Assembly: GCA_964016885.1 (NCBI GenBank)
Contig: OZ024741.1
Location: 216,504,001-216,568,000 of the forward strand
Origin: Eledone cirrhosa
Lineage: Eukaryota
Direction: 5' to 3'
DNA: 64,000 nucleotides
The notes below the pieces were generated by a model. The model was not told the origin of the DNA. It did no database searches and saw only the letters and a program-made list of their open reading frames with translations. A program made the position numbers and the translations under genes. Within the stretch, counting starts at the first letter, position 1, and every line of letters starts with the position of its first letter. Positions 14,233-26,872 of this stretch are shown here, one piece after another.

Positions 14233-14270
14233 TCCTTAATTTTCGAGATAATATCTCTTCTTCAGAGGGA
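14233..14270 (-). ncRNA. Degenerate minimal hammerhead in the PLE pLTR
   Basis: Minus: tccct-CTGAAGA-a-GAGAT att ATCTC-GAAA att-aagga, then AATAAA. Confidence 0.6.
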
Positions 14271-14696
14271 AATAAAGCTCTCAAACCAGTGTTCTAAATA
14301 GCTTGCCAAGTCATGCTGACAGGAAATGGTATAGAGTATCTGTTCTATCTCTAATGTCAACGAGTTAGAGTTAGGTGGATAAAGAGTAGTCTCCCTTTAA
14401 AAGGGGTTTGTTTTTGTTTTTGTTTTTTGGGCTTTTTTGGGGTTTTTTTTTATACATGCCTGTTTAAGTGTGTGGGAGAATGCATGAAGGTGTAAGTATG
14501 TGAGTGTGTGTGTGTGAGTGTGAGAAGATAAGTCTATTCGTAAATGTGGGGGATAGGTGTTATCTGGTGTTAGAACTGGTTTTGTGTGTGAATGTGTGAG
14601 AGAGAATAAGTGGAGGTGTAAGCGCGTGTGTGTGTGTGTGTGTGTGCGTGCGTGCGTGTGTGTGGGGTGTGTGTAAATATGGGGCTAGAAGCTCTA

Positions 14697-16244
14697 TCAG
14701 GTTATAAATTGGGTGTTGAGTTCTAGTCTATTATTGATTGGTGGTTGTGTTTTATCTATAATTAGTGCTTCCTTAATTCTAAGATTGCCGAGGTTTCTTT
14801 CCTTAGTTTCTATCCTAACTGTTATGGTTTTGTCGGTGTTTTTGCATTTAACTAGGTGTTTCTTAAATGAGGAAGCGTTAGTATTGAGGTGTTCTTTTAT
14901 TCTTATGTGGACTGGTCTGGTGGTGCTACCTACGTAGAAGTTGTTGCATTTGTCACTCTCTAGTCTGTATACGACGTAAGCCTGGTGACATAGGTCTGTG
15001 TCGTTGATGGGGCAGTTGGCTAGTCTGAAGCAGTTGTCATGTCTGGTGGAGTGTCTTTTGGTTAGCTGTCCGCGTAGAGAAGGACCTGAGTGGGCCAGTT
15101 GGATATCTAGTCCCTCTCGTCTGATGGCTCTGCGGATGGCTGTTGTTGTTTCTTCACTGAAGTGTGGGAGCTTCAGGAAGCAAGTGTTAGTGCCTCGGGT
15201 GTGGTGTCCTCTGTTCTTTCTGGCACGGTTTGTGATGGATGTCGTGTATCCGTTCAGTTTGAGTACTTCCAGGAAATGTGTGGTGTGTGTGTCTCCGTCT
15301 CTAGCGTCGGTGCATTTGTTCCAGATACGTGCCAGTTCGTTCCTTATGTATCCGAACTTGGCACCGAGTGGGAGGGCCGATCTGAAATGTACGAACAGGT
15401 CCCTGCTGGCGGCTTTTTTATAGAAGCAGGTGTGGATGTTGCCTTCCTCTGTTACCCTGAGTTGGAAGTCCAGTGGGGATAGGGATCCGCGGTCATCGGG
15501 GTGTTCCATGCTGAACTTTATACTGGCGTCCATGCTGGAGAATGTTGTGTATATTTTATCTGCCTCCTCACGGGATGATGTAAGGATGAGTATGTCATCT
15601 AAATATCGAGTGAAGAAGGTATGGGAATGGCAGGTGTTGAGGGCTCGGCATTCTAGCTGGTTCATGTAGGTGATGGCCAGCAGGCCCGATAGGCTGGATC
15701 CCATGGGTAATCCTGTTGTCTGTCTGTATGTGTGGTGGTGGAAGGTGAAGTACGTGTTGTCTACTGTGAAGGACAAAAGCTGGTGTATGTCCGTCGGGTG
15801 GAGGCCGTAGCAGTGGATGTCCTCTGCGACCACGCAGTCCGTCAATAAATCGACAGCTGGATGAGCGGGGACTGTAGTGTAGAGGGAGACAACGTCGAGG
15901 CTAAAGGCGTATTTATTTAGTTCAAGTTGTTCTGGCTGGAGTTGGTGTAGTCTACGTATAACTTCGTCGGAGCTACTGACGTGCCCGGGAAAGGTGGAGA
16001 GTAGAAGCTTGAGGACCTGGGAGAGGAGCCAGGAAATTTTGTATAGGGGTCCTTCTATGCTAGAGACGATGGGTCTTATTTGCGTCTTAGTACTATTCTT
16101 GTGGGTCTTGATGAGGTGGTAGAAAGTGGGCAGTCTGCTATTTCTAGTGGTGTAGTTGAGCTTAACTTTATTTGGGAGTTGTCTTCTCCTACAGATATCG
16201 AACCAGATGGAGTTGGTCTGTTTTTCGATCTGGGCTGCAGTCAT
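14697..16244 (-). CDS. Penelope-like reverse transcriptase + GIY-YIG endonuclease (N-terminally truncated; frame stays open upstream to ~16395)
   Basis: KTHK..RPIVS, FSLDVVSLYT, QTTGLPMGSSLS, RYLDD, PLDFQL; VVYRL...FYVGST...RIKEH...KEALII...PPIN. Confidence 0.9.
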   Translation of the reverse strand: MTAAQIEKQTNSIWFDICRRRQLPNKVKLNYTTRNSRLPTFYHLIKTHKNSTKTQIRPIVSSIEGPLYKISWLLSQVLKLLLSTFPGHVSSSDEVIRRLHQLQPEQLELNKYAFSLDVVSLYTTVPAHPAVDLLTDCVVAEDIHCYGLHPTDIHQLLSFTVDNTYFTFHHHTYRQTTGLPMGSSLSGLLAITYMNQLECRALNTCHSHTFFTRYLDDILILTSSREEADKIYTTFSSMDASIKFSMEHPDDRGSLSPLDFQLRVTEEGNIHTCFYKKAASRDLFVHFRSALPLGAKFGYIRNELARIWNKCTDARDGDTHTTHFLEVLKLNGYTTSITNRARKNRGHHTRGTNTCFLKLPHFSEETTTAIRRAIRREGLDIQLAHSGPSLRGQLTKRHSTRHDNCFRLANCPINDTDLCHQAYVVYRLESDKCNNFYVGSTTRPVHIRIKEHLNTNASSFKKHLVKCKNTDKTITVRIETKERNLGNLRIKEALIIDKTQPPINNRLELNTQFIT

Positions 16245-17430
16245 GTCCGGGATCTCTGTGTATAATTCATTGTCCCTTAGGTGTTCAAAGGCTAGGTTGT
16301 TGTATGTGGCTTGAGAGATGACGCAAAACTCTTTGTCTTTGTCGGATAGTAAGTATACAAGTTCCCTATTCCGTAGGTTCTTCAGGGCGAGTTGTATATA
16401 TATGTTTTGTCGGATATATATATATATATATACGTTTAATGGCTGAGTGGTGAACCTGCCGGGTCATCAAACAAATTTCTGCGACTTAAACTAGCCAGCA
16501 GATGTATAGTAGTCGTTGGTGTGTGACATTGTGGTGAAGGTCAGTTGTTGACCTCTTGGCTCTTCGATATTTACGTTGCTGTGTGATTGTCTCTTGGCCT
16601 GGCTAATTCATTTATATATTTACTTGTTAATTCTGTTGTTTCATATATCATGGTGACCAAGTCAAATTAGTCACTGTGATTCACTCCTCTCCAGTCTATT
16701 GTTGATGGACGATCCAATCTGCTTTACCAAAGGAGGTGCCTTGATCCGCATGGTGCCTGTGTTGCATTCCGTGGCTAATATCGGGACTATGATTCTCTAG
16801 TCTTTGTTTCTGCATTTGCGAAATTACGAAGAGTTGGTGGTGACATTGTCCTTAAATCTTATATGCAAATGTCAAAAAATAATGTCGATGAAATAATTGT
16901 TTCACTAGTCACATTCTAGTTTATATACAACGTAAACGCGTAGGTAATAGCTATTGAAGTACGAGACATAACAACATTCCATAGCACGAGAAACAATTTT
17001 ATATAGATAATCATAAATATGTTTCAGCCAGTATGGTCCAAGTCGCTGGCTATTATCATAATTTATGATCAAATTATTTTATTCAGGATCCATGAAATCC
17101 AATATGAATGTACTGCATAACCTCAGTAACCCCACAAAGGATATAATAATTAATATATATATACTGTTAATGTTATTTCCTCGAGGAAATATAAAATTAT
17201 CAACGTTTGTAATTCAATGGCGCCACCTGGTGACATCGTTTTAGTCATAACTATGTACTGTATTTTAGTTCAGTCATGGTTGACTGAATAGCATCCGGGT
17301 GTTGATGGTTTGTCTAGTACTGCTGAAAGGAATTTTTGCTGGTAATGGTCTCGTTTGAAGTCATTTAGTAAAACTTATTTTACGGTCTGAATTCAAATCC
17401 CGATCGAAGTTCATGTTTGATTTTTATCCA

Positions 17431-17545
17431 GGCACTGACTCGGTTGTTAGCGTCTTGGACTCACGATCATAAGAACATGCGTTCGATTTCTGGATCTAGC
17501 AGCATGGTGTGTTCTTTAGCAAAACCCTACATTTCACGATGCTTT
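17431..17545 (+). mobile_element. Degenerate CORE-type SINE head, preceded by a Meta-type SINE remnant at ~17330-17430
   Basis: GCGTTCGATTTC B box, GTGTTCTTTAGCAAAACCC..ATTTCACG. Confidence 0.55.
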
Positions 17546-17589
17546 CCCTGACAGGACTGCTGCCCCTCCCCCCACCACCACCACCATGT

Positions 17590-18085
17590 TGTTAAAACAG
17601 TCAGGAAACGTCATATGAGATATAACCTTGTAGGAGTCAAGCTAAACCTACATAGGTATGAGCTGTAACAATATGATAGGTCTGGGACTCTTAGCATTTA
17701 GACACACAAGAAACCTCCTATGAGTTGCACCTCATAGAGGACAAGTTCATCCTACATAGGTGTAGGCTGTAAAAAATACAACATGATAGGACAGGTGCCC
17801 CTATTGTTAAAATACCCAATAAACCTCCTAGGAGATACAACCTAGTAGGAGGCCGGCTAAACTTACATAGGTGTGAGCTGTAAGAACAGCATAACAGGAC
17901 AGCTGACCCTATTTTTAAAACACTCAAGACACCTCTTATGATATGCAACCTCGTAGTAGGCCAGCTAAACCTACATGGGTATGAGCTGTAACAACAGCAT
18001 AACAGGACAGGTGACCCTATCGTTTAAGCACTCAAGAAATGTTTAAACGATATGAGATGCAACCCACATGGGAATGAGCTGTAAA
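17590..18085. repeat. Diverged ~105-112-bp tandem repeat, about 4.5 copies
   Basis: Recurrent (c/t)TACATAGGT-TGAGCTGTAA at ~17648, 17752, 17864, 17971. Confidence 0.8.
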
Positions 18086-18184
18086 ATTAATTTTATGTTT
18101 CCATTTCCCGTATTCTATTAAATGTGTCACAATCATGTAAGGAATTCTATATCCCCAACTCTCTCGATATATATATTAGTGCCT

Positions 18185-18445
18185 AACCCTTTTGATACCA
18201 ACCTGTCTGAAACCGCCTAAAAATCTGTTAGTTTTAGTTTTCAAGTGTTTATATATTTTTTTTTTTTAAAACTTCCATTGTTACTTTATATAAAAATAAT
18301 TATTACTTTGTGTTCCAAACAACAGTTTAATAAAGTTGAAAATTAGTTATATTACTAAATCCCTTTAAATTCGTCAATATTTTCAAACTTATTGGCAAAT
18401 TATAGTTGGCGTCTTTCATTATAAATATGGTAACGAAATGGTTAA
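18185..18445. mobile_element. piggyBac-type MITE (degenerate)
   Basis: Ends (c)TAACCCTTTTGATACCA ... TGGTAACGAAATGGTTAA; TTAA-like termini. Confidence 0.55.
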
Positions 18446-18629
18446 AATGTTTACATTTTATCAAAATCCTTACATCATAATTTTTATAAGAGCCTTTGTT
18501 AAGTTTAAATTTATTAAGAACTAACTTAAAAACGAGAGAGTTCATTATATAACTAAATAACTCCAAATTCTTGATTATATTTTATACTTTTTAAAAATAA
18601 TAGGCAATACCTTTCATTAGGAATATGTT

Positions 18630-18972
18630 AACTAAAGATCCCCTTCGGTTACGAATGACCATGGGATTTGCACCTAGAAAGTTTCCCTCCGAAGCACGAG
18701 TCCGGGCAAGGTTGTTTATGGAAGACCAGCAGTTGCCCATGCATACTCTTCTCCCCTCTCCACGCCACCGATGTTGTCCAATGGAAAAGCAATGACCGAT
18801 ACGGCTTTGGCACCAGTGAAGTCGCAACTCATTTCTACAGCTGTGTGAACTGGAGCCACGTGAAATAAAGCCTATTGGTTAAGAACACAACGCTAATCCT
18901 GGTCCGAGAATCGAACTCACAACCTCACGATTGTAAGCCCGACGCTCTAACCACCAGGCCATGCGTCATCAC
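18630..18972 (-). mobile_element. Near full-length CORE-type tRNA SINE
   Basis: Minus TGGCCTGGTGGTTAG, GAGTTCGATTCT, TTTATTTCACGTGGCTCCAG. Confidence 0.85.
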
Positions 18973-19263
18973 TAGAAATGTAGTAAGATAAGGGTTAAAG
19001 TAGACTGTACTATTGTGAGTAAAAGAATAATTTAGAACAAAGTTTGTGAAAACTTCAAACAAAATTCTCTAAGGCAATGTTCCAGCATGGCCGTAGTCTA
19101 ATGACTAAAACCAGTAAAAGAGTAAATACACATGTTGTTCATTATATGTTTAAGGGATGTAAAGCTCTTCCTATATTCACATTTAAGGACCCTACTTCCA
19201 GATATCGCTGGCATTCATATCCGGCCATTTAAAAACGTGAGATCAACGTAAATTATAAATATA

Positions 19264-19348
<85 letters not shown>

Positions 19349-19454
19349 ATTATTTCCACTCATTTAGACACGTAGACACATCGATAAACTCCCATATTCA
19401 CACATTTTAATGAATGTTTGTATGAATATATATATATCTCATATATATTTGTAT

Positions 19455-19500
<46 letters not shown>

Positions 19501-19597
19501 AGGGTGTGTGTGTGTGTCTGCATGTTTTGATATATTTGTTTTCAGTTATATGTGGACACGTACATATGTTTGTGTGTGTATACATATATATATGCAG

Positions 19598-20722
19598 TTA
19601 TTACTATTGAATTTCTAAAATATTTTACATATTTTTACAATTTCATTAAAAGACTGTATTTGCAACTTCCTAATTAGTTCTGGTTCTGTGAAGCCCAGTT
19701 TCTCAGGATTTGTACTCTGGCAGTTACTAACGTATCCCAGAGCCCCAATTATCACAGGTACAAATACAAAGGTATAGTCAGGGTGGAGTATCTGCAGATA
19801 CTTCATTAGTTCAGTATAAATGTTCTCCTTTTTGCCCATCATATTGACATCTGCTGGGAAGCTGGTTTCCACTACTGTGCATGTCTTCTTTTCTCTGTCC
19901 CATATTATGGGTGGTCTGTTATGTTTGCATTCTTTTAGGTTTTGACTGGAACATTCCACCAGTACTCTTTCCTAGCATGTATACATATGCCCTCCACATC
20001 ACGGTAACTTTTATATTTTTATTCTCAGGACTATCCTTTCTACGGATTGCATTGTACAGTGTTTTGGCCACTACATCATGCCTCATAGGTAGAGTATCGT
20101 GATTTTATCTTTAGACAGCTTCTTATGACATGGGTGATATCTTCGATGTTTATTCCGCTGAGTCAGAATCTGTTGTCACATCTAGGTGTTTTACCTACAT
20201 CCTTATCTCTTTTGTGAATCAGGTATTTCGTTATTTCCTGTTCTTGGATTATAAACGTATATCCTTCAAAGTGGGAGCTAATATACCGGTTGTTGGTCCA
20301 AGATAGGCTACTTTGCTTTATATTGCTCTCACTTTGAAGCTTTCTGGCAACATTGCCATGCATGATTTTTTTTCTGAAAATGATTTTTCTGTAAAGATCT
20401 TTTTCATCCATGGATTCGTTACACTATTGTTGTGCAATTTTCTTGAGAGTATGTTTTTGGTTATCATGGAGGGAGTATTTCTCAAGGAGCTCTTTCCCAA
20501 CTCTCATGATATTATCTGCCTCGTGTAGACAGATTTGTTCTATAGATGGGCTTCTATGTTTGGTGGTTTGTAGATCTCGTTGGAGGGATATGATGTGGCA
20601 CTGAAATACTGTTTAGATTGATGCTAAACCTCTGCCTCCTTGTTTACATTTCAGAGAGGTGATGTATATCACTGTTCAAGTGGAAATTTCAGATGTTCAT
20701 TAGAACTTTTCAGATTTTAATA
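19598..20722 (-). pseudogene. Degenerate R4/Dong-like non-LTR retrotransposon 3' region (RT end, zinc knuckle, restriction-like endonuclease)
   Basis: GGRGLASI, FIIQEQEIT, C..C/EDITHVI remnant, HNRP.I.WDREKKTCTVVE.SFPAD.N...K..IY..L...PVIIGALG; frameshifts and stops; TAA-type tail. Confidence 0.8.
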
Positions 20723-20739
20723 TGAATGGCTCAGATCTC

Positions 20740-20920
20740 ATCTAGCATCCAGTCAAGTAGTCCAAATGCTGGAGGGCTCAAACGACATGCAAAAGTACAC
20801 GAACTCCAACCACAGCCGGCTATTCCCAGTGAATGTTTTGGTTGCCGACTCTGTGCAAGACATTTTAGATCATTGGCTGGGCTAAAAAGCCACATTCGAT
20901 CGCAGCGCTGTTAGTTGCTA
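20740..20920 (+). pseudogene. RTE-clade LINE C-terminal zinc-finger fragment
   Basis: GLKRHAKVH...CRLCARHFRSLAGLKSHIRS resembles the terminal C2H2 motif of RTE/BovB-type ORFs. Confidence 0.55.
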
Positions 20921-21074
20921 TCGTGTGTGTGTAGGTATAGATATGTTTGTGTGTGCGTGTGTGTGTATATATATATGTATATTATTATTGTTGTTGTTGT
21001 CGTTATTATTATTGTTGTTATTATTATTATTATTGTTATTAATATAAAAACCACAGACCCTCCATCTCAACTCA

Positions 21075-21112
21075 CCTTTTGAAAAGCAGAAGAACTGCGA
21101 AACCGGTAAAGG
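21075..21112 (+). ncRNA. Minimal type-I hammerhead with U3-A8 core variant (second family)
   Basis: CCTT-TTGAAAA-GCAG aagaa CTGC-GAAA-CCGG-TA-AAGG, AATAAA at 21118. Confidence 0.8.
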
Positions 21113-21679
21113 AACCAAATAAATATATATATTTTATAAAAAAATAAGACTCCAGTTGCATTTTCGATTTCATCTCTTTTTCTTTATACTTTCACTCGTG
21201 TAGGACACCTCGGTTATTTTTCATTTTGTAAAAAAAACCTCACTTTCTAATGTATATATATATATATATATTTTCTCGTGCAATGGCCATACTCGATAAC
21301 GAGGGGGCAGCCATCATGTATGTATGTATGTTTGTATGTATGTTTGTATGTACGTATGTACTTCTGGTTTTATAATTTCACAAATTGTTTCCCAATAGAG
21401 AGAGAGTCGGTTTCTAACATAGACACAAGACTCTCTCATTGGAATTTACACAACATCAACTAGGTAGATATGTATGTATGCATGCATGTGTAGATATGGA
21501 TGTTATTGTATGTGTGGATGTGTATGTTTTGAGTTGTATGTGTGCATGTGTATATGCTTAGTATCTGTACATGTGTATATGCAGTTACTAGATGGAAAAT
21601 ATTTGGAATATTTTACATATTTTTACTGTTCCATTAATGGATTGTACTTGTAATTTCCTAACTAGTTGTGTTTGTATGT

Positions 21680-23021
21680 ACGTATGTATGTATGTTTGTA
21701 TGTGTATATATGTATGTTTGTATATTTGTATGTGTATGTATGTATGTATGTATGTATGTACGTACGTATGTATGTATATGTATGCAACGTATGTATGTAT
21801 GTTTGTATATATGCATGCGTGTACCTAAGTATGTATGTATTTATGTGTGTATGTATATAATACAGAGAGAGGCAGACAGACAAGCAAACAGACAACTAGA
21901 CAAACAGACAGACAGAGAGACAGACAGACAGAGAGACAGACAGACAAGCAAACAGGCAACTAGACAAACAGACAGACAGAGAGACAGACAGACAGACAAA
22001 CAGACATACAGACAGAGAGAAGGATCGGGTGAAGGAGAAGCAAATTGAAAGTGTACAATCATTCATTCACATGGAGATAAATACACACACACACACACAC
22101 GCACACGCCCCCCCCCCCACACACACACATACACGCACACATACCCAGGAACACATACAGAGCCCCGCAGTTACACGTTTATATAATACACTCATGCACT
22201 GGTACGCAATCACACATTCATACAGATAGATACAAACACAAACGCATTGCCACACATAGATATAAGCACACAGAAACACACACAGATACACACACACATG
22301 CACATACTGACATGTAATTCCACACAGACACGCAATTACACATTCCTATACATAGACACAAACACACACACACATACACACATACACTGGCATGAATTCC
22401 CACACAGACATGACATAAACACGGAAACACACACACACTTTCATACACATACATACAAACACACACACACACACACATAGGCAAAGACACACACTGGCAA
22501 GCAATCACACACTGGCATGCAGTTACACATTCATAAACACATACAAACATACACACACATATAGACACATATAGACACACGTACATACACACGCGCACAC
22601 ACACACACAACGCACGCACTCATGCACAAGAAGGCACGCACTCACATACACACTCACACACAAATAGACACACATTCATACATACATACATACATACATA
22701 CATATAAACACACACACTTAGGCAGAGACACACACAGGCACGCAATCACACACTGGCATGCAGTTACAGATTCATACACATATACAAACACACAGACACA
22801 TATAGACACACACACACACACAAACGAGCATGCACGCACTCATTGACACGCAATTACATATCCATACACATAGATATAAATACATACATATAGACACGCA
22901 CACACTGACACACCATTACATTTCATACACATAAACAAACACTCACACCCACACATAGACATAAACACTCACACACACATATATATACATACACATAAAC
23001 AAACACTCACACACACGCATA

Positions 23022-23100
<79 letters not shown>
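21680..23100. repeat. Compound (TATG)n, (GACA)n and CA-rich minisatellite region
   Basis: Direct reading; GCAATCACACACTGGCATGCAGTTACA is repeated at ~22501 and ~22742. Confidence 0.85.
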
Positions 23101-23373
23101 CCACGCATCAAATGGACACGTACACCAGACACCACGCAAGCGACAGTCTATCCTTCTGTGATAAATACAGTTAATTGACTGCCCTTTGTTGTATTCACAG
23201 GCTGAAATATCAATGGCTGATTATATCTATTGAACTTATCCCCACCATACAAATATATCTGCTGACTGTTTCTGGCAAATATCCACTCGGTTATTCCGCC
23301 TGTCTTCCGTGATTTATCCGTTCCAGGAAACATTCTGCAGTTTTATAATGCTCACATATTTTTATATATATAT

Positions 23374-23412
<39 letters not shown>

Positions 23413-23939
23413 CACCTTTAGGGGTTGTATCGATGAACATTACACTCTGGTATTTATTGCTATCATACCATGAGTTTATTCTATTAACCTTATTCCTAGT
23501 TCTTTCTATTCTATTCCAAAATGTGCTCCTATACAAGGGGCATGTCCCATTTGTATCATTATTTACCATTTTTTCCCATTTGGTTCTGGCCCCTCTATAT
23601 ACTCTGATTTTATCTCTCTGATTGTAACCAGAGAACTGCATACGGTGGATGAAGTGTTGTATGTGTCTCTCTAGTTCTTTGGGGTTGCAGATGCGGGACA
23701 CGTTTCTCATCACCCGTACCAAATCCGCAATCAGTATGTCTCTAATTCCTGACTGTTCTCTAGTGGGGGTGTTTTTACTACGATCTTTATACCATTAACG
23801 TAGCGGGAGTACATTATCAGGGTTAAGGGGTTGCTGTCTTCTAATTGTTCTTTAAGTTTAAGTTTAAGTCTATTGTCCCACCATACCATGAATAGGTTAG
23901 CTATGTCACCTGCAAATACATGTCACTTACAAATACAAA

Positions 23940-24400
23940 ATTACAAATTCAGAAGGGCCCTAGATAAACATAAACTTAATATTAAGATAGTAGAAAGACC
24001 AGGTACCCCCATAAAAACACTTATTAGCAATACATACCCTTTTCAAAGACCTCCCTGTATAGATAAGAAATGTATAATCTGTAAATTAAGCCCCCATATT
24101 AACTGTAAAACTAGAAATGTAGAATATAGGATAAGATGTACTGAAGGACAATGTAGAGATAAGAACATAGTGTACATAGGTGAGACAGCTCGTAGTATAG
24201 GGGAACGGATAAATGAACACTGGCGAGAGCTTCAAGATAGTAAAGAATCATCTGTACTCCACCAACATGCTAAAATAGAACATAAGATAAAAAATAGAAT
24301 CTACACACAGAAACGACGCAATGTTTAGACAAATCACAGAGGCAATAAACATAAATGAACTCCAACCAAAATTAAATAGAAAACATGAATGGAACAACAA
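23940..24400 (+). pseudogene. GIY-YIG endonuclease domain of the PLE (frameshifted near the C-terminus)
   Basis: CIDKKCIIC zinc motif, NVEYRIRC..C..VYIGETARSIGERINEH. Confidence 0.85.
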
Positions 24401-24615
24401 CATCACAACTTACAATTGAGAACAAAATGAAAACACACACACATAGAACAAACAACCAACCAGTAACATGTAAATAAACAAATAAATAAACAAATATAAA
24501 CACACACAGACACCCGGATGTAACACATGCGCAAACTAAGCACACAACACACACAAAACAAGATGGCGTAGGACAGAACAAAGGAGAGGCACAAAAACAA
24601 ATAAAAGAATCCCCA

Positions 24616-24658
24616 GTCACTGAAGAGGTCACAGAATGTGTGACGAAATAACTTTGAC
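24616..24658 (+). ncRNA. Type-I hammerhead in the PLE pLTR
   Basis: GTCA-CTGAAGA-g-GTCAC agaatgt GTGAC-GAAA taac TT-TGAC. Confidence 0.8.
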
Positions 24659-24841
24659 AATATATTCCAACCGGAAATTTATAAATTCCTAAATTTATAA
24701 ATTTAATTTATAATAAATTGAAGTGAAAGCAACTGGTGCGTGTGTTTCGTATTGGCAACATAACCCTCCCAAAGTATAACAATATCGGTTTCAACACAAG
24801 TTTTCAGATAAAGAATCTTCCTAGACAAATTCAGAAACGAA

Positions 24842-24876
<35 letters not shown>

Positions 24877-25279
24877 CATATGTGCGTGTGTGTGTGTAAG
24901 TATATACATACATATGAAAGCGCACCAAAACTGCCTTGTTTGCTCTTGAAATATATATAATAAAATAATTATGGTTTTATAAATATAGTTTCCATTTATT
25001 AATATATTGAATATTTACTCCCGTAACTCGTTGAGTTCTTTATATCAGTTATAAAACTTTTAATCTTGTTGAATCCCAACAAATTAAATATAACTTCTGC
25101 ATATATATAAATATATATTTATGTATATCAATATATAAATGTATAAGTAAATATATGTATTGGAATAAGTGTATGTATATGTATAGGTATATGTACATAT
25201 ATATATATACAAATATCAGAAATATATATATGTATATATGTATATATGTATATATATATTTATCTATTATTTCTTCAAA

Positions 25280-25472
25280 GGCGGGGGATTGGCAGTATCG
25301 GTAGAGGGTCGGACACCATGCTTTGACGCATAGAGTTACGTCCCTTTACGGTCTAAGTTCAAATCCCGCCAAGCTTAACTTTGCCTTTTATCCTTACGGG
25401 GTCGATAAAATAAAGTACCAGTAATACACTGGGTAGTTGCTGGCCTTGTGCCAAAAGTAGAAACAATTATTT
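25280..25472 (+). mobile_element. Meta/MESC-type tRNA SINE, full length
   Basis: GGCGGGGGATTGGCAG..., AAGTTCAAATCC, GCCTTTTATCCTTACGGGGTCGATAAA, tail. Confidence 0.85.
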
Positions 25473-25663
25473 CTTCATAGGTATATTTTAAACTTATAGC
25501 CTCGTTTAATTGATTTTTTGTGTGGTTAATTATGCTGATTGGGAGGAGAAATACAGTATATATTTTATCAGATGATTCTATGGACTTACTTTCTTATATA
25601 TTGCTCTGATTGTTGATTATTTAATTATTTCGTCATTGAGCCACACCGTGAATGGTTGCCAAA

Positions 25664-25703
<40 letters not shown>

Positions 25704-25707
<4 letters not shown>

Positions 25708-26445
25708 CAAGATGTATGGTAGGTCGTATGTGAATCGCGATGATCACGTCTGACCTACCAAATATGTGACGGTAGCTAGTTAAGCTCTATGCGTGTAAGC
25801 AGAGCAGAAATATTAGTGAAAAAGAACAAAGGAACTATTATGACATTATAACAAGTTTATTGCGGACAGCCGTTTCGTCCGACCATATGGTGGGACTTTT
25901 CAAGTGATTGTAAGACTTTTCAGTGATTGTAAGATCATTATTTACATCAACGTATCACTCAAGACTAGCAGTTTGAAATTGTGGTATACATCAGCAGCTC
26001 CGCTTGTATAGTTGGGGTCTATATTCTAAGGGGGCTCATTTATATTAGTTGTCGGGGTCAGGGATTGAAGGTTAAAAATTAGATAATATATAATTTATAA
26101 TTTAATTTACGCATTAAAAGTAAAGATTAAATTAGAAGCACCTTAAAAAATCCCTCAATAAGTGCATAAAGCTTACAGGCTCCAATAAACCTAATAAACT
26201 AGGAGAAATTAAGAGGCTAATAAAATAAAAAAATTAAAAAAAAAATTAAAATATAGAGTTTCCCTAAAAATATAAAGTTTGCTAAGAAATTCCTTCGAGA
26301 GAAAAAAATTTTTTTCGAAAGAAAAAAACTTTCTTCCCCCGAGATCACGTTAACAAATTTCAGAAAACTTACGAGGTTTTGATATTCCCTACTAAGTTGA
26401 AAGAGACTAATCAATTAAAGGTTAATTCAAAGAGCCTTCAATAAA
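25704..26445 (-). mobile_element. Family A PLE-derived element, second copy (no inverted arm); HHR at 25861-25903 with TTGAAAA core
   Basis: Collinear with 1007-1705. Confidence 0.8.
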
Positions 26446-26464
26446 ATATATATATATACATTAT

Positions 26465-26589
26465 TCCGGGTTGAATCGGAGGTAACCACAGTAAGTATGG
26501 TACTCAATACATTACAGAGTATAAAAGTTTTAATATAGATGAGATTCTACAGGACTAGAACTGTTTCATTCTTTAGAAATCATCCGGAA

Positions 26590-26590
<1 letters not shown>
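26465..26590 (-). mobile_element. Family B pLTR fragment
   Basis: Minus CGGATGA-TTTC taaa GAAT-GAAAC...GTATTGAGTACC. Confidence 0.65.
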
Positions 26591-26653
<63 letters not shown>

Positions 26654-26682
26654 TCTGTCTAGTTTATATATATGTAAACCTC

Positions 26683-26734
<52 letters not shown>

Positions 26735-26872
26735 TGTGTGTGTGTATGTACATATAGAGTGTGTGTTTTGAACAACCCTCCCTATATATGTGACAAATTG
26801 TATTTCTGACAACTGGATAAGGTTGTTCAGAACACTATAGATAGTTATGAAAGAAAACCAGAACACCAGAGA

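Larger units (their letters stand above)
14117..16395 (-). mobile_element. 5'-truncated Penelope-like retroelement (RT + GIY-YIG ORF, CA-rich linker, HHR-bearing pLTR)
   Basis: ORF motifs plus downstream HHR; both ends fall in TA tracts. Confidence 0.9.
23410..24842. mobile_element. Penelope-like element with an inverted 5' segment
   Basis: Minus 23410-23920: AGDIANLFMVWWD...MYSRYVNGI (decayed YVDD) and thumb ...VMFIDTTPKGEL; plus 23940-24400: KIVERPG...CKTRNVEY...VYIGETARS...EH (GIY-YIG); pLTR with HHR. Confidence 0.85.

Noticed and set aside
23148-23350. Short minus-strand ORF next to the inverted PLE
   Set aside because: No recognisable motif or clear splice boundaries; separated from the PLE frame by a TA tract.
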